This document shows positions 42,528 through 51,852 of a DNA stretch of 64,000 bases, one piece after another. Position numbers and translations under genes: made by a program. Numbering within the stretch: position 1 is the first letter of the stretch; each line of letters opens with the position of its first letter. This DNA is from a virus. The DNA lies in IMG/VR virus record IMGVR_UViG_3300002053_001113, positions 18,650 through 82,649 of that record, one strand, 5' to 3'. The notes beneath the pieces were generated by a model. The model was not told where the DNA came from. It worked only from the letters and a program-made list of their open reading frames with translations, and ran no database searches.

Positions 42528-42859
42528 TTCCTTCCCTCGCTTCAAAAGTTGGTTCTGCTAACTCCAACAATTCTTTTTTAATTGTCTCCAGCTCCATTAG
42601 TGCCATAGCAATCTCTTTTGTTTGGACATCTTCACTAACACTATAATTAGAATTAACAACAACACCTTTCACCTTTATATCAATATTTATCATCCAACCA
42701 CCACTCTTCCATTGTCATCAACAAGTATCATACAAAAATGATGTCTACCAAAAGGATAACTCATCTCATTATCTATAGTTGTAGCTAAATGAAGCTCTTC
42801 ATTAGCTACTTGATAACAGGCTTCTTTCCATTCATAATCACACCCTTCACAATTTGGTA

Positions 42860-43219
42860 TCATAGTAATTTTCTAATTGTCTTTATCTTATTTTTCTTTC
42901 TCCATCTTTGTTCTTGTACTCCTCCAATTAAAACAACAATAATATCATAAGCCATTATAATAACAACTGCAATTAAAGTAATAGACATTAACCTCATTGC
43001 AGCTGATAATGTATTTCCAGCACTATCTTTTAAATAATCAAATTGGTCATCACTTACTATAAGATACGTACTAAAAACCATAGATGAAACTATACTCAAC
43101 ATTGTCACAGTTAGTAATATTATATATACTCCATTAGCGTTTTTCTTTCTGTCTTTAAATCTATAATCATATTCCTTCTGTTGTAAGGGTGTCATACTCT
43201 TGTATGTTTGCCAATTCAT
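42860..43219 (-). CDS. Two-TM membrane protein
   Basis: Hydropathy. Confidence 0.5.
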   Translation of the reverse strand: MNWQTYKSMTPLQQKEYDYRFKDRKKNANGVYIILLTVTMLSIVSSMVFSTYLIVSDDQFDYLKDSAGNTLSAAMRLMSITLIAVVIIMAYDIIVVLIGGVQEQRWRKKNKIKTIRKLL

Positions 43220-43555
43220 TTTTTCTACGCCTCCTTCCTACTCTTTTATTATTTATTTTATCTTTTATTTTGCCACACAACTTATAATAATCACATCTCT
43301 TACATATTAAACTCTTCTTACTATACTCTCTCGTACCAAAACATCTTGGCTTCATCTCATATACCTCGCAACTGAAAGGCCAGCACCTATTAATATTAAA
43401 ACAGTTCCAACACCTGTCAGCCACCCTGGGATATTAATCTTAATTATATTACTAAAAAAAGGCACAACAAAAATAATAATACCTAAAATCATTATTGGAT
43501 GTGGTCTAGGTTTTTCAGGTTCAACGTAATATTGCTGCCCATTCATTCTTCCACC

Positions 43556-44743
43556 TCAAAAATTAAATATTCCAACTTGTTTTGTTTTTTCTAAATGTTG
43601 TGGTATTAACCAATTTTCAAACTTCTTTACTGCATTATAAACTCCATTCTCTATTGCAAAATCAATAAACTCTATGCTCTTTAATGTCTTCTCATTAATG
43701 TTTATAGCACGCAAATATTCTAAAAACTTCTCTTTATCATTAACAATATTATTTAATAGGTTATTATAATAAATATATTGATATAAATTATGTAAAGAGA
43801 TTAAAGTACCAGCATATATGTCTGTTCTATTTAAATCTTCAATGTCAACAACCGTCCTACATACAGGACACTGGCACGGCAATTCTTTTAAGTGAGGATT
43901 TATTTTTTTAAACTTCTCACCAAAACTAAAATTAGGACCTATATCAAATGGCATATAATAGGTACGGTAAATACTTCCAATATTATAACTGCTACTATCA
44001 TATGTCACTCCTATGTGTTGTAACTTACTTGCTGCATACACAATCGTTGGAACAACGTGTTTTCCACTTGTACCAAAAAAATGTAACCATTTAAAACTCT
44101 CTTTCTCAAATTCTCCCTTTTCCCACAAAAACATAAAACCCATTGCTTGTATCATTGGGTCCCATGGAGGCTTCATTCCAATTGCCCAACCATCAAACTT
44201 AAAATCCTTTACACGTTCATACCATATTTCCATTAACTTAATGTTTTCACCATGTAAAACATTTAACAACTTTGCCTTATAGTTCTTTCTCTCCTTTTCA
44301 AACAACTCAAAGTTTTTTGCACTCTCCTCAAGTGAGGCTTTAAACTCATCATAAGTTGGAGCCTTATCAAGTGTTGGAGGAATATCCAAGTTCATCATTA
44401 TATCACAGTTTTCTTCCTGCCATCTCAAACTATCTATTGGTTGTATCTTACAAGGTTGTCCTCTTATCTTAAAAGAGGCAATTTGAAACCCTGCACTATC
44501 CCCAACTAATATTTTATCTTTTGGATAACCAATCATTTCTCTAAAATTAGTACTGGCGTTTTTGCCAACACCATAGATACCATAATAACAACTTTGTAAA
44601 GCAACGTTGTGTTCATAATGACTATCCTTAGTAAAGAACTTCATATCATATTCCTTTCCATCTTTACCTTTATATTTCAGTCCTCTATTCCAAACACTAT
44701 TAAACTGCTCGCCTATTGCTGGAACAAACTCTGCTTTACTCAT
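43556..44743 (-). CDS. TGT-fold transglycosylase, probably DNA-acting (DpdA-like)
   Basis: DSAGFQ, MNLDIPP, VLHG, HFFG, YDSSS, CQCPVC...HN Zn site; sits in a deazaguanine cluster. Confidence 0.8.
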   Translation of the reverse strand: MSKAEFVPAIGEQFNSVWNRGLKYKGKDGKEYDMKFFTKDSHYEHNVALQSCYYGIYGVGKNASTNFREMIGYPKDKILVGDSAGFQIASFKIRGQPCKIQPIDSLRWQEENCDIMMNLDIPPTLDKAPTYDEFKASLEESAKNFELFEKERKNYKAKLLNVLHGENIKLMEIWYERVKDFKFDGWAIGMKPPWDPMIQAMGFMFLWEKGEFEKESFKWLHFFGTSGKHVVPTIVYAASKLQHIGVTYDSSSYNIGSIYRTYYMPFDIGPNFSFGEKFKKINPHLKELPCQCPVCRTVVDIEDLNRTDIYAGTLISLHNLYQYIYYNNLLNNIVNDKEKFLEYLRAININEKTLKSIEFIDFAIENGVYNAVKKFENWLIPQHLEKTKQVGIFNF

Positions 44744-45210
44744 CTTAACACCTTATCTCCTTTATAAGTTTTTCCTTCTAGTTTTCTAGTGTCAACTTCT
44801 TTAAAAGAATCTAAACCCCCAATAAGTACAAAATTATTTTCTCTCTTTAATGATTGTAACTTAATTTGTACTTTCCAAGGTTCGATGACTTTAAGTTTTT
44901 TAATACCCAAGTCAGTTATTGAAACAACAAGTCTTGCCCACTTCAATATCTTCTCACTTAATTTTCTTAATTTTTTATAATCAACCTCAACTGTAATTAT
45001 AATCCAGTGTTCTGTAGCATCAATTGCCCACTCAACAGTTTTATTATTAACAGGAGAACATACTCCTGCACCAAAATATATTTGTTTTATACGTGGATTA
45101 TGTTTTAAAGCGTGTCCTATCTGCCAAGTAGCAACATCTTTATGGCCAACAAAAAGTGTCCACATACCTTTTAACTCGCCTTCCTTCTCTTTGCCTATCC
45201 ATAACTTCAT
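44740..45210 (-). CDS. Hypothetical protein in the DNA-modification cluster
   Basis: Translationally coupled between the glycosyltransferase and TGT-like genes. Confidence 0.55.
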   Translation of the reverse strand: MKLWIGKEKEGELKGMWTLFVGHKDVATWQIGHALKHNPRIKQIYFGAGVCSPVNNKTVEWAIDATEHWIIITVEVDYKKLRKLSEKILKWARLVVSITDLGIKKLKVIEPWKVQIKLQSLKRENNFVLIGGLDSFKEVDTRKLEGKTYKGDKVLR

Positions 45211-46244
45211 TTTAACATAACGTTTGCCATTTTTGGAACACTATCTAAAGATTGTTGCCTTAACTTTTCTTGATTTTCAGTTAAAGCTTTTTGTAGTACA
45301 GGGCTCCAATAGTTCTTAATTAAGTATTTTATTTTATCTATTGCTGACTTTCTACTAATATATTTAAAGTGTCCATCATACATCTCTTTATAAGATAAAG
45401 TATTTGGAACAACTGGTAGTGCACCCAACATCATTGCTTCAACAGTTCCAATACCATACGTCTCCTGTAAGTTAGCACTAAATATTATCTTAGCATCTTT
45501 AATTAAATTATAATACTCCTTCTTGTTTTTGGTTACTTCCATTGTTTTAACAAACTCAAACTCTGGCAATTGTCTTGCAATTGAATCAAAAACTTGTGGA
45601 GACTTTTCTGGGTCAACTCTGTGAGGAAAAACAACCAAATCCTTTTTTGGTAACTTTTTAACATTAACCATTCCAATCTCTTTTTTAATCTCCTTCTGCC
45701 AATCCATTGGAAACCCAACAACGTGTATCTTAACTTTCTTAATATTTTTTCCAAAGAAGCTTACTATCATATCTTTATGAAATTGTGTTGCAACAAAGTG
45801 TCCATCACAAGCTTTAAACCATCCTAATTCATTGTGACAAGCCCACTTTCGTAATCCTGCCTGTGTTACAAAATCATAAGGGTCATAACTTCCTGCGTGC
45901 CAATAAGCATAAATTTTAATAGGAATATTATTCAATTGTGACATATACTTTAAAGCTGTTATACCAAAATGCCACCCATCCATAAATAAGAATCTATCTC
46001 CTTTCTTAACAGTATCATAACTAAATAACTCTGCCAGATTAAAAACTTGTTGTGCCTTCCACATATTAGTTTTATTAATATCCAAAAACTTACCCTTCTC
46101 TATCTTATCAGGCATCTTTGGTCCATCAATATATCTTACATTAAAATATTTTGAGAATGCTGGTTTCCAATAATTATACCATTGTTTGGTATAACGTTTC
46201 TCTATTGGCTCTAGAGTTATAATATATAAATTAGGTTTCATCAT
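45207..46244 (-). CDS. GT-B fold glycosyltransferase (GT4-like)
   Basis: HRVDPEK, QETYGIGTVEAMMLG (E-x7-E), SYKEM. Confidence 0.85.
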   Translation of the reverse strand: MMKPNLYIITLEPIEKRYTKQWYNYWKPAFSKYFNVRYIDGPKMPDKIEKGKFLDINKTNMWKAQQVFNLAELFSYDTVKKGDRFLFMDGWHFGITALKYMSQLNNIPIKIYAYWHAGSYDPYDFVTQAGLRKWACHNELGWFKACDGHFVATQFHKDMIVSFFGKNIKKVKIHVVGFPMDWQKEIKKEIGMVNVKKLPKKDLVVFPHRVDPEKSPQVFDSIARQLPEFEFVKTMEVTKNKKEYYNLIKDAKIIFSANLQETYGIGTVEAMMLGALPVVPNTLSYKEMYDGHFKYISRKSAIDKIKYLIKNYWSPVLQKALTENQEKLRQQSLDSVPKMANVMLK

Positions 46245-46293
46245 ACACCCTCCTATTTTTACTATTTATTAAAAATAATAAAAGTAAAAAAAT

Positions 46294-46539
46294 TTAAGAT
46301 AATCTCAAAGTAAAGTTTTCTTCACTCCAAAGATACTTTTTAGCTTTTGCACCTTTACCAGCTTTAATCTCTCTAACCATAGTTTTAGCTTGTGCTTTAA
46401 CTTTCTTTTCATCAGCCTCTGGTTTCCATTGTGTAACTTTTGCTGCTACATCTTCGTAGTTTTTAACTTCCTTTAATTGCAATGCCTTTAAAATTAACTG
46501 AGCATTGCTATTTTCTCTCTTTCCTTTTGCTTCTGCCAT
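46294..46539 (-). CDS. Basic putative DNA-binding protein, paralog of 33582-33902
   Basis: Sequence similarity by eye; GGAGG RBS. Confidence 0.5.
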   Translation of the reverse strand: MAEAKGKRENSNAQLILKALQLKEVKNYEDVAAKVTQWKPEADEKKVKAQAKTMVREIKAGKGAKAKKYLWSEENFTLRLS

Positions 46540-46810
46540 TTTTATCTGTTCCTCCGTTTCTTTTATTTTTTGAGCTTTATCTATAGCATCTCTGGCCTGT
46601 TGGTGTTCTTATCATCTAAAATCTTTAAGGCACGTTGAAATGTTCCTTCTTCAATTTCTTTCCTATCAAACTGCCTTATTAAATTTTGTTGTTGCCTTCT
46701 TAGTCCATTTACTTCAATTTTCAGTTCCTGGATACGTTCTTTTGATATTTCTAGTTCCATTTTTTACACCCATATATTAATTAAGTGCGTTCGATATATA
46801 AATGTTTTGA

Positions 46811-47149
46811 TTAATCAAAACTCATCAAAACACCATTCTCGCCATCTTCACTTATTTCAAACATCATTTTACGTTTTGGATACTTGGTACTTATTTTTTC
46901 ATATAATGATTGTGCTAACATTTCACAACTCTTATATTTAATATGGCTATCAATCTCATTTAAAAACTCTTCTACCTCTTGTTTAAACATTATAAACTCA
47001 ACATCTCTATCTTGATGAAACACTTGCAAATACACTTTAAAATGAAACACGTGCCTATGCTCATTTCTCAAGAAAGCAACCTTTTCAGGCGCATCTGGGT
47101 AATGATGTAAAAATACACGTCTGGTAGTTATCCAAATATAATTTACCAT
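46811..47149 (-). CDS. QueD-like T-fold protein (DpdL-like, candidate CDG decarboxylase)
   Basis: H..P.AP..V.FLRNEHRHVF (LxxxHRHxF), SCEMLA, SEDGENG. Confidence 0.65.
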   Translation of the reverse strand: MVNYIWITTRRVFLHHYPDAPEKVAFLRNEHRHVFHFKVYLQVFHQDRDVEFIMFKQEVEEFLNEIDSHIKYKSCEMLAQSLYEKISTKYPKRKMMFEISEDGENGVLMSFD

Positions 47150-47152
47150 TTT

Positions 47153-47806
47153 CTAACCTCCATTCTGATGTACCCACCTCAAAAACTCAGCTCTTGATGC
47201 TGGGTCATCTTTAAATGCTCCAATTAATTTTGTAGTTGTCATTTTTCCTTTCTTCTTTGCTCCTCTCATAGTTTTACATAAATGCTCTGCTTCCATAACC
47301 AATCCCATAGCAATGGGCTCTATACATGGAGTATCCACAATTTCATATTCATCTTTACCAGTATAGGTGGCAGGAATAGTGAGCGCCTCCCACAGGAACT
47401 CAACTATTTCATGAACTAATCTTTCTTGTATCTGTAGCTTTGCACTGTAATAGTCCACAACCCTCGCCACCTTACTCAACCCCAAAATTTTTCCTTGGGG
47501 ATGAGGAATATAAGCAAAATAATATTTTCCAAAAAATGGTACCATGTGATGCTCACAATGAGAATAAAAATGCCCCTCATCAGTTATCATTTCATCATAA
47601 ATTATGTTATCCTTACCATTCATAAAAGTTGTAATCTTTGGTTTTTGTTTTTTATCATAACCTCTAAATATTTCCTTCCACATTTTAACAACACGTTTTG
47701 GAGTATCTTTTAATCCTTCTCGTTTAACATCTTCACCTATCTGTATTAATATATTTTCTATTAATTCCTCTTTAATTTGTTTTCTAACATTATTCGTTGT
47801 TGTCAT
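47153..47806 (-). CDS. folE: GTP cyclohydrolase I
   Basis: REGLKDTPKRV, SHCEHHMVPF, GLSKVAR, QIQERL, HLCKTMRG. Confidence 0.95.
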   Translation of the reverse strand: MTTTNNVRKQIKEELIENILIQIGEDVKREGLKDTPKRVVKMWKEIFRGYDKKQKPKITTFMNGKDNIIYDEMITDEGHFYSHCEHHMVPFFGKYYFAYIPHPQGKILGLSKVARVVDYYSAKLQIQERLVHEIVEFLWEALTIPATYTGKDEYEIVDTPCIEPIAMGLVMEAEHLCKTMRGAKKKGKMTTTKLIGAFKDDPASRAEFLRWVHQNGG

Positions 47807-48380
47807 TAATCTCCACCTCTATCCCTATATTATAACCATAATTTTTTACTAACAAAATAAACTCACTATACCAAACATCATCAATATTTTCAATTGCAGG
47901 TTTTATAAAAACTTGCCCTTTTGGTACTCCAAAATTTTGTGCTATCATTGCTGATTCATCAATATCATCTTTTGTTTTAATATTAAATATGAAATAGGTA
48001 TTACAACCAACAAAAAATTCTATGATATTCGGTTTAATTCTATCCTCATATTTTATATTACTATGCTTTAGTTTTAGATTAACATAATAAATTACATTCT
48101 CAAAGGTTCCAATTTTAACAGGCCTTATGGTACCATTGGTATGTATTTCAATCTTAACAGTTGGATTTAATTTAATTATTTTGGTAACCAATTTAGCTAC
48201 TGCATCTCTTTGTAAAAAAGGCTCCTGCCCAGTCAAAACAACATACGGAAAATGTACAGCTTGTTTTGCTATATCAACCTCGTCAATACTAACCCCTCTC
48301 TCATCAAGTTCAATAAAAAAGGCACGTCTTCCAACATTAATAAACCTCGTGTAACTCACATAGGTCTTTTTAATCTTCAT
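47790..48380 (-). CDS. Degenerate QueE-like protein lacking the radical-SAM Cys motif
   Basis: LTGQEPFLQ, IEIHTNG, NLKLKHS are retained; no CxxxCxxC. Confidence 0.6.
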   Translation of the reverse strand: MKIKKTYVSYTRFINVGRRAFFIELDERGVSIDEVDIAKQAVHFPYVVLTGQEPFLQRDAVAKLVTKIIKLNPTVKIEIHTNGTIRPVKIGTFENVIYYVNLKLKHSNIKYEDRIKPNIIEFFVGCNTYFIFNIKTKDDIDESAMIAQNFGVPKGQVFIKPAIENIDDVWYSEFILLVKNYGYNIGIEVEINDNNE

Positions 48381-48838
48381 TTATTAGCCTCCCATTCTGC
48401 ATAACTATTATCAGTCTCATACAATTTAATCTTAATACAAAACAAAACCAAACCTTTGTTTTCAAAAACTGTATTAAGTGTTTGTCCTATCCACTTTGCC
48501 ATATTCTCTGCTGTTAAACGCCCATTAAAATCAAATAATTTTTGTCTTATTTTTTGATGTAAAAACCCAGCTATCTCACAAGACGTTTCATCATTTTTAT
48601 TATAAGCAAGTGCATGGTCCATCTTGTCTATAATTTCTTCCTTAACTATCTTTTTTAAATCACTAAAATCAATAACCATACCTAGACTTGATTTATCTCC
48701 TACTATTAGACCATCTCCATTTCTAGCAACTGTCACTTCTAACTTATAATTATGTCCATGAATATTTTTACATAAACCACAATGTCCTTCTAACAAATGC
48801 GCCATTGCAAAATCAAAATTCTTCGTTATTGTTATCAT
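48377..48838 (-). CDS. queD: 6-carboxy-5,6,7,8-tetrahydropterin synthase
   Basis: FAMAH, CKNIHGHNY, DFSDLK, DH, TAEN, LYET. Confidence 0.92.
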   Translation of the reverse strand: MITITKNFDFAMAHLLEGHCGLCKNIHGHNYKLEVTVARNGDGLIVGDKSSLGMVIDFSDLKKIVKEEIIDKMDHALAYNKNDETSCEIAGFLHQKIRQKLFDFNGRLTAENMAKWIGQTLNTVFENKGLVLFCIKIKLYETDNSYAEWEANK

Positions 48839-49226
48839 TTTCTCCCTCCATTTTAAGCCAAGCAATATACTCCTCACCTTCTTCCTCTTTTGGTTTTTTT
48901 GTTAAGATTTTTGCCTTTGGGTTTCTCTGTCTCCTATACTTCATTATATCATCTTCAGTAATTTTTAATTTGTTTAATAATAAATTAATCAACTCAACAA
49001 TCTCCTTACCTTTGTGTGTCAATATTAATATGTGTTTTCTTCCTTCTTTTTTTATTGTAATCCAATCTTTTTTAACAAAGGTTTTCTTTAAATTATGCAA
49101 GTGTGAGTAAGTTATTAAAGTTTCATAATAAATATCTAACACAGATTTTTGATTATTACCCTTTTCAATAGCTTTAAACATAATCATAAAGTCTGGTACT
49201 ATTATACGTTTCTCATCTGTTTTCAT
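48813..49226 (-). CDS. Winged-helix (MarR-like) transcription regulator
   Basis: ITYSHLH...WITIKKEGRK...LTHKGKE. Confidence 0.65.
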   Translation of the reverse strand: MKTDEKRIIVPDFMIMFKAIEKGNNQKSVLDIYYETLITYSHLHNLKKTFVKKDWITIKKEGRKHILILTHKGKEIVELINLLLNKLKITEDDIMKYRRQRNPKAKILTKKPKEEEGEEYIAWLKMEGENDNNNEEF

Positions 49227-49227
49227 T

Positions 49228-49731
49228 TTACATTCCCCATTTATCCAACCCATGTTGAGGGTCTGGCACATTTGTCTTTCCAAACTCTTTAATTAAGTTA
49301 AAATCAACACCATATTTTTTCCAAAATCTTTTCTTTACTCCGTAATAACTAAACCAGTTTGCCATATCATTTTTTATTATATTAATCAATCTATATTTAA
49401 TAGCATTATAATCATTATCAGATAATTGTAAATGTTTCCTAATCTTACTTATTAAAAAATCAAATTCTTCTTCCTCTTCAATTTGTTTAATATATTTAAC
49501 AAAAGGCATTCTGTCAAGCTTTGGTATTATACTCCAAGCCAAACTCAAATACATTTTCTTTGGTAACACAAAAACATATTTATCCAACCATCTAACCTGT
49601 ACACGTAATTTATCATTCATTGCTAACCATCTTTGTATAACGTATGGTTGTACCTCTGTTTCATCAAGTTCACTAATCCAATCACATTTTCTATTTGTAT
49701 ATAAATTTTTCAGTACTTCAAAAATATTCAT
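49228..49731 (-). CDS. Putative clamp-loader accessory subunit (T4 gp62-like)
   Basis: PYVIQRWLAM motif; near RFC and PCNA genes; C-terminal PIP-like QHGLDKW. Confidence 0.5.
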   Translation of the reverse strand: MNIFEVLKNLYTNRKCDWISELDETEVQPYVIQRWLAMNDKLRVQVRWLDKYVFVLPKKMYLSLAWSIIPKLDRMPFVKYIKQIEEEEEFDFLISKIRKHLQLSDNDYNAIKYRLINIIKNDMANWFSYYGVKKRFWKKYGVDFNLIKEFGKTNVPDPQHGLDKWGM

Positions 49732-50297
49732 TTTCTTTCTTCCAAGAGTTTAAAATCTTTTAGTAAAACATCTTTCATTTCTGGTGTGTATGTTGCAACA
49801 GCAGGATGATAAAACGGAATAATTTCTGTTGTACCATACAAATCAACAGACTTAAAAACTTTACCGTGCACCCTACTTATGCTTTCTAACTTATCCTTTA
49901 AATTAAATTTTCTCATCACAAACTTGGTAGCATAATTACCCAAAGTGCAAATTACCTTTGGTTTAATTAAATCAATTTGTGCTGTTAAATAAGGAGTACA
50001 AGCTGCTATTTCGGTTGGTGTTGGGTCTCTATTATTTGGAGGACGACACTTTAATATATTACATATATAGATGTCACCTCTTTTTAAATTAACAGATGCT
50101 AACAATTCATCAAAAATTTTACCTGCTCTACCTACAAAAGGTCTTCCACTCTCGTCCTCATTAAACCCAGGTGCTTCACCAATAAACATTATCTTAGCTG
50201 ATGTGTCTCCTTCACCAAAAACATAATTCTTTTTACTTTTATATAATTCACAATTTGTACATTGCATTACTCTATCCTTAACATCTTCAATTTTCAT
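49728..50297 (-). CDS. udg: Family 4 uracil-DNA glycosylase
   Basis: CTNC, GEAPG.NED, GRPFVGRAG, KCRPP.NR, HPA. Confidence 0.93.
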   Translation of the reverse strand: MKIEDVKDRVMQCTNCELYKSKKNYVFGEGDTSAKIMFIGEAPGFNEDESGRPFVGRAGKIFDELLASVNLKRGDIYICNILKCRPPNNRDPTPTEIAACTPYLTAQIDLIKPKVICTLGNYATKFVMRKFNLKDKLESISRVHGKVFKSVDLYGTTEIIPFYHPAVATYTPEMKDVLLKDFKLLEERK

Positions 50298-51193
50298 TTT
50301 ACCAACTCAATAATACTTGTTACAAAAACAACACGGCTATCAGCTCCCCAAGCAATATCCTTCTCGTTTCTACAACACATCTGTATAATCTTAAGATTGG
50401 GTGGGTTCTCCTCTAATGCTTTTTGCCAAAAATGCATATTAAGTTCTCTAGAATCTATAGTGCCTTCCATAACAAGTCTTTTTATATTAAACCAATCTTT
50501 TTCCTTTAACATATTCCACATCTTATCAAACATCTCATTAATTGGTTTAATATTCTCTTTTATTACATCCTTTCCTTCTGTCTTTAAATCTTGTAAAACT
50601 AAAACACAATTACGTATATTTGGATAGTTCTTATCAATAAGTTCATTTAAACCCTCATCAGTATATATCATCTTTTCATTCTCGCATATCCACTTTAAGT
50701 AATGTTTAATTTCATCTTTCTCTGGATATGCAAAAGGTATAACAACACAACGTGATATTAAAGGGTCAATCACTTTGTTTATGTTGTTACAAGTTAAGAT
50801 AAAAAACACATTGCTGCTATAAGTTTCCATAACATTACGTAAAGCATCTTGTGATGTTTTTAACATACCATCAAACTCATCTAAAAATACACATCTACGT
50901 TTTCCTTCCTTACTACTTTTTGTCATAGCAAAGTTTTTAACTTTCTCCCTTACAACCTCAATCTTTCTATCATCACTACTATTTAATATTAAAGCATCAC
51001 AATCAAGTTCATTAATTATCGCCTTTGCCAAAGTTGTTTTTCCTGTTCCAGGCGCCTTACTATAAAATAAAAAGTGTGGTATAGCATCTGGGTTTGATAA
51101 ATACTTTTTAATTTTTTCTTTAAATGCTCCAACTATACCATCAACTTTAGCAGGACGATATTTCTCAGTAAATATAACATCTCTTGGTTCCAT
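50294..51193 (-). CDS. Clamp loader AAA+ subunit (RFC small / gp44-like)
   Basis: EKYRP, PGTGKTT, LNSSD, LDEFD, Q.ALR..ME, SRC. Confidence 0.92.
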   Translation of the reverse strand: MEPRDVIFTEKYRPAKVDGIVGAFKEKIKKYLSNPDAIPHFLFYSKAPGTGKTTLAKAIINELDCDALILNSSDDRKIEVVREKVKNFAMTKSSKEGKRRCVFLDEFDGMLKTSQDALRNVMETYSSNVFFILTCNNINKVIDPLISRCVVIPFAYPEKDEIKHYLKWICENEKMIYTDEGLNELIDKNYPNIRNCVLVLQDLKTEGKDVIKENIKPINEMFDKMWNMLKEKDWFNIKRLVMEGTIDSRELNMHFWQKALEENPPNLKIIQMCCRNEKDIAWGADSRVVFVTSIIELVK

Positions 51194-51204
51194 TTTTAAT
51201 CCCC

Positions 51205-51801
51205 TTATTGTTCTTCAACACGTGGTGCTACAATTATAGTTATTACACTTGTCTCTGTCTTCTCCATTACTTTAGCTGGATAAGAAGTTTTTAAACTTAT
51301 ATATCTTCCAGTATTACTTATTACAACTTTTTTTTGCTCAGTTTTAAAAGTCATAACAGCATCCTTATTTAATTTAATATCATCAAAAACACTTTTTAAT
51401 CTAGTCGCTGTAAGTCCAAACGTCTCCTCAAACTCAAGTTTTGGTTCACCTGTATCTGTAGTCAAAAAATTTTCAGCTACTAATTCAATTCCAACAGATT
51501 TAGTTTTGTCCTTTACAGTTAATAAATTACCTTCTTTTTTTAATGATATTGTATCACCAAATCTGCCAAGAACATTAACAACATTTTGCAAATCACCAAG
51601 TCCAACAGCACCAAGTTCTTTATAGTCTTCAAACACACTCTTTTTTAACCACGCCATAACTCTTGCTTGTTTTGGGTCTGAGTTAGCATTAATCTTTAAC
51701 CCATCTTTTCCAAACTCCAACACAGTTTCAGTAATTTGTTGTGCTCCATCCATCCTTGCTTTCTTTAAAAAACCAACCAATACCTTTGTTTTTACTTTCA
51801 T
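51205..51801 (-). CDS. Sliding clamp (PCNA-like), apparently shortened
   Basis: LEFGKDGLKI.A.D, L....FEDY, C-terminal IVAPR; adjacent to the clamp loader. Confidence 0.75.
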   Translation of the reverse strand: MKVKTKVLVGFLKKARMDGAQQITETVLEFGKDGLKINANSDPKQARVMAWLKKSVFEDYKELGAVGLGDLQNVVNVLGRFGDTISLKKEGNLLTVKDKTKSVGIELVAENFLTTDTGEPKLEFEETFGLTATRLKSVFDDIKLNKDAVMTFKTEQKKVVISNTGRYISLKTSYPAKVMEKTETSVITIIVAPRVEEQ

Positions 51802-51852
51802 TTAAATTACCTCCGTTATCTATTTTAAAGTAAATACAACAACTATATAAAC

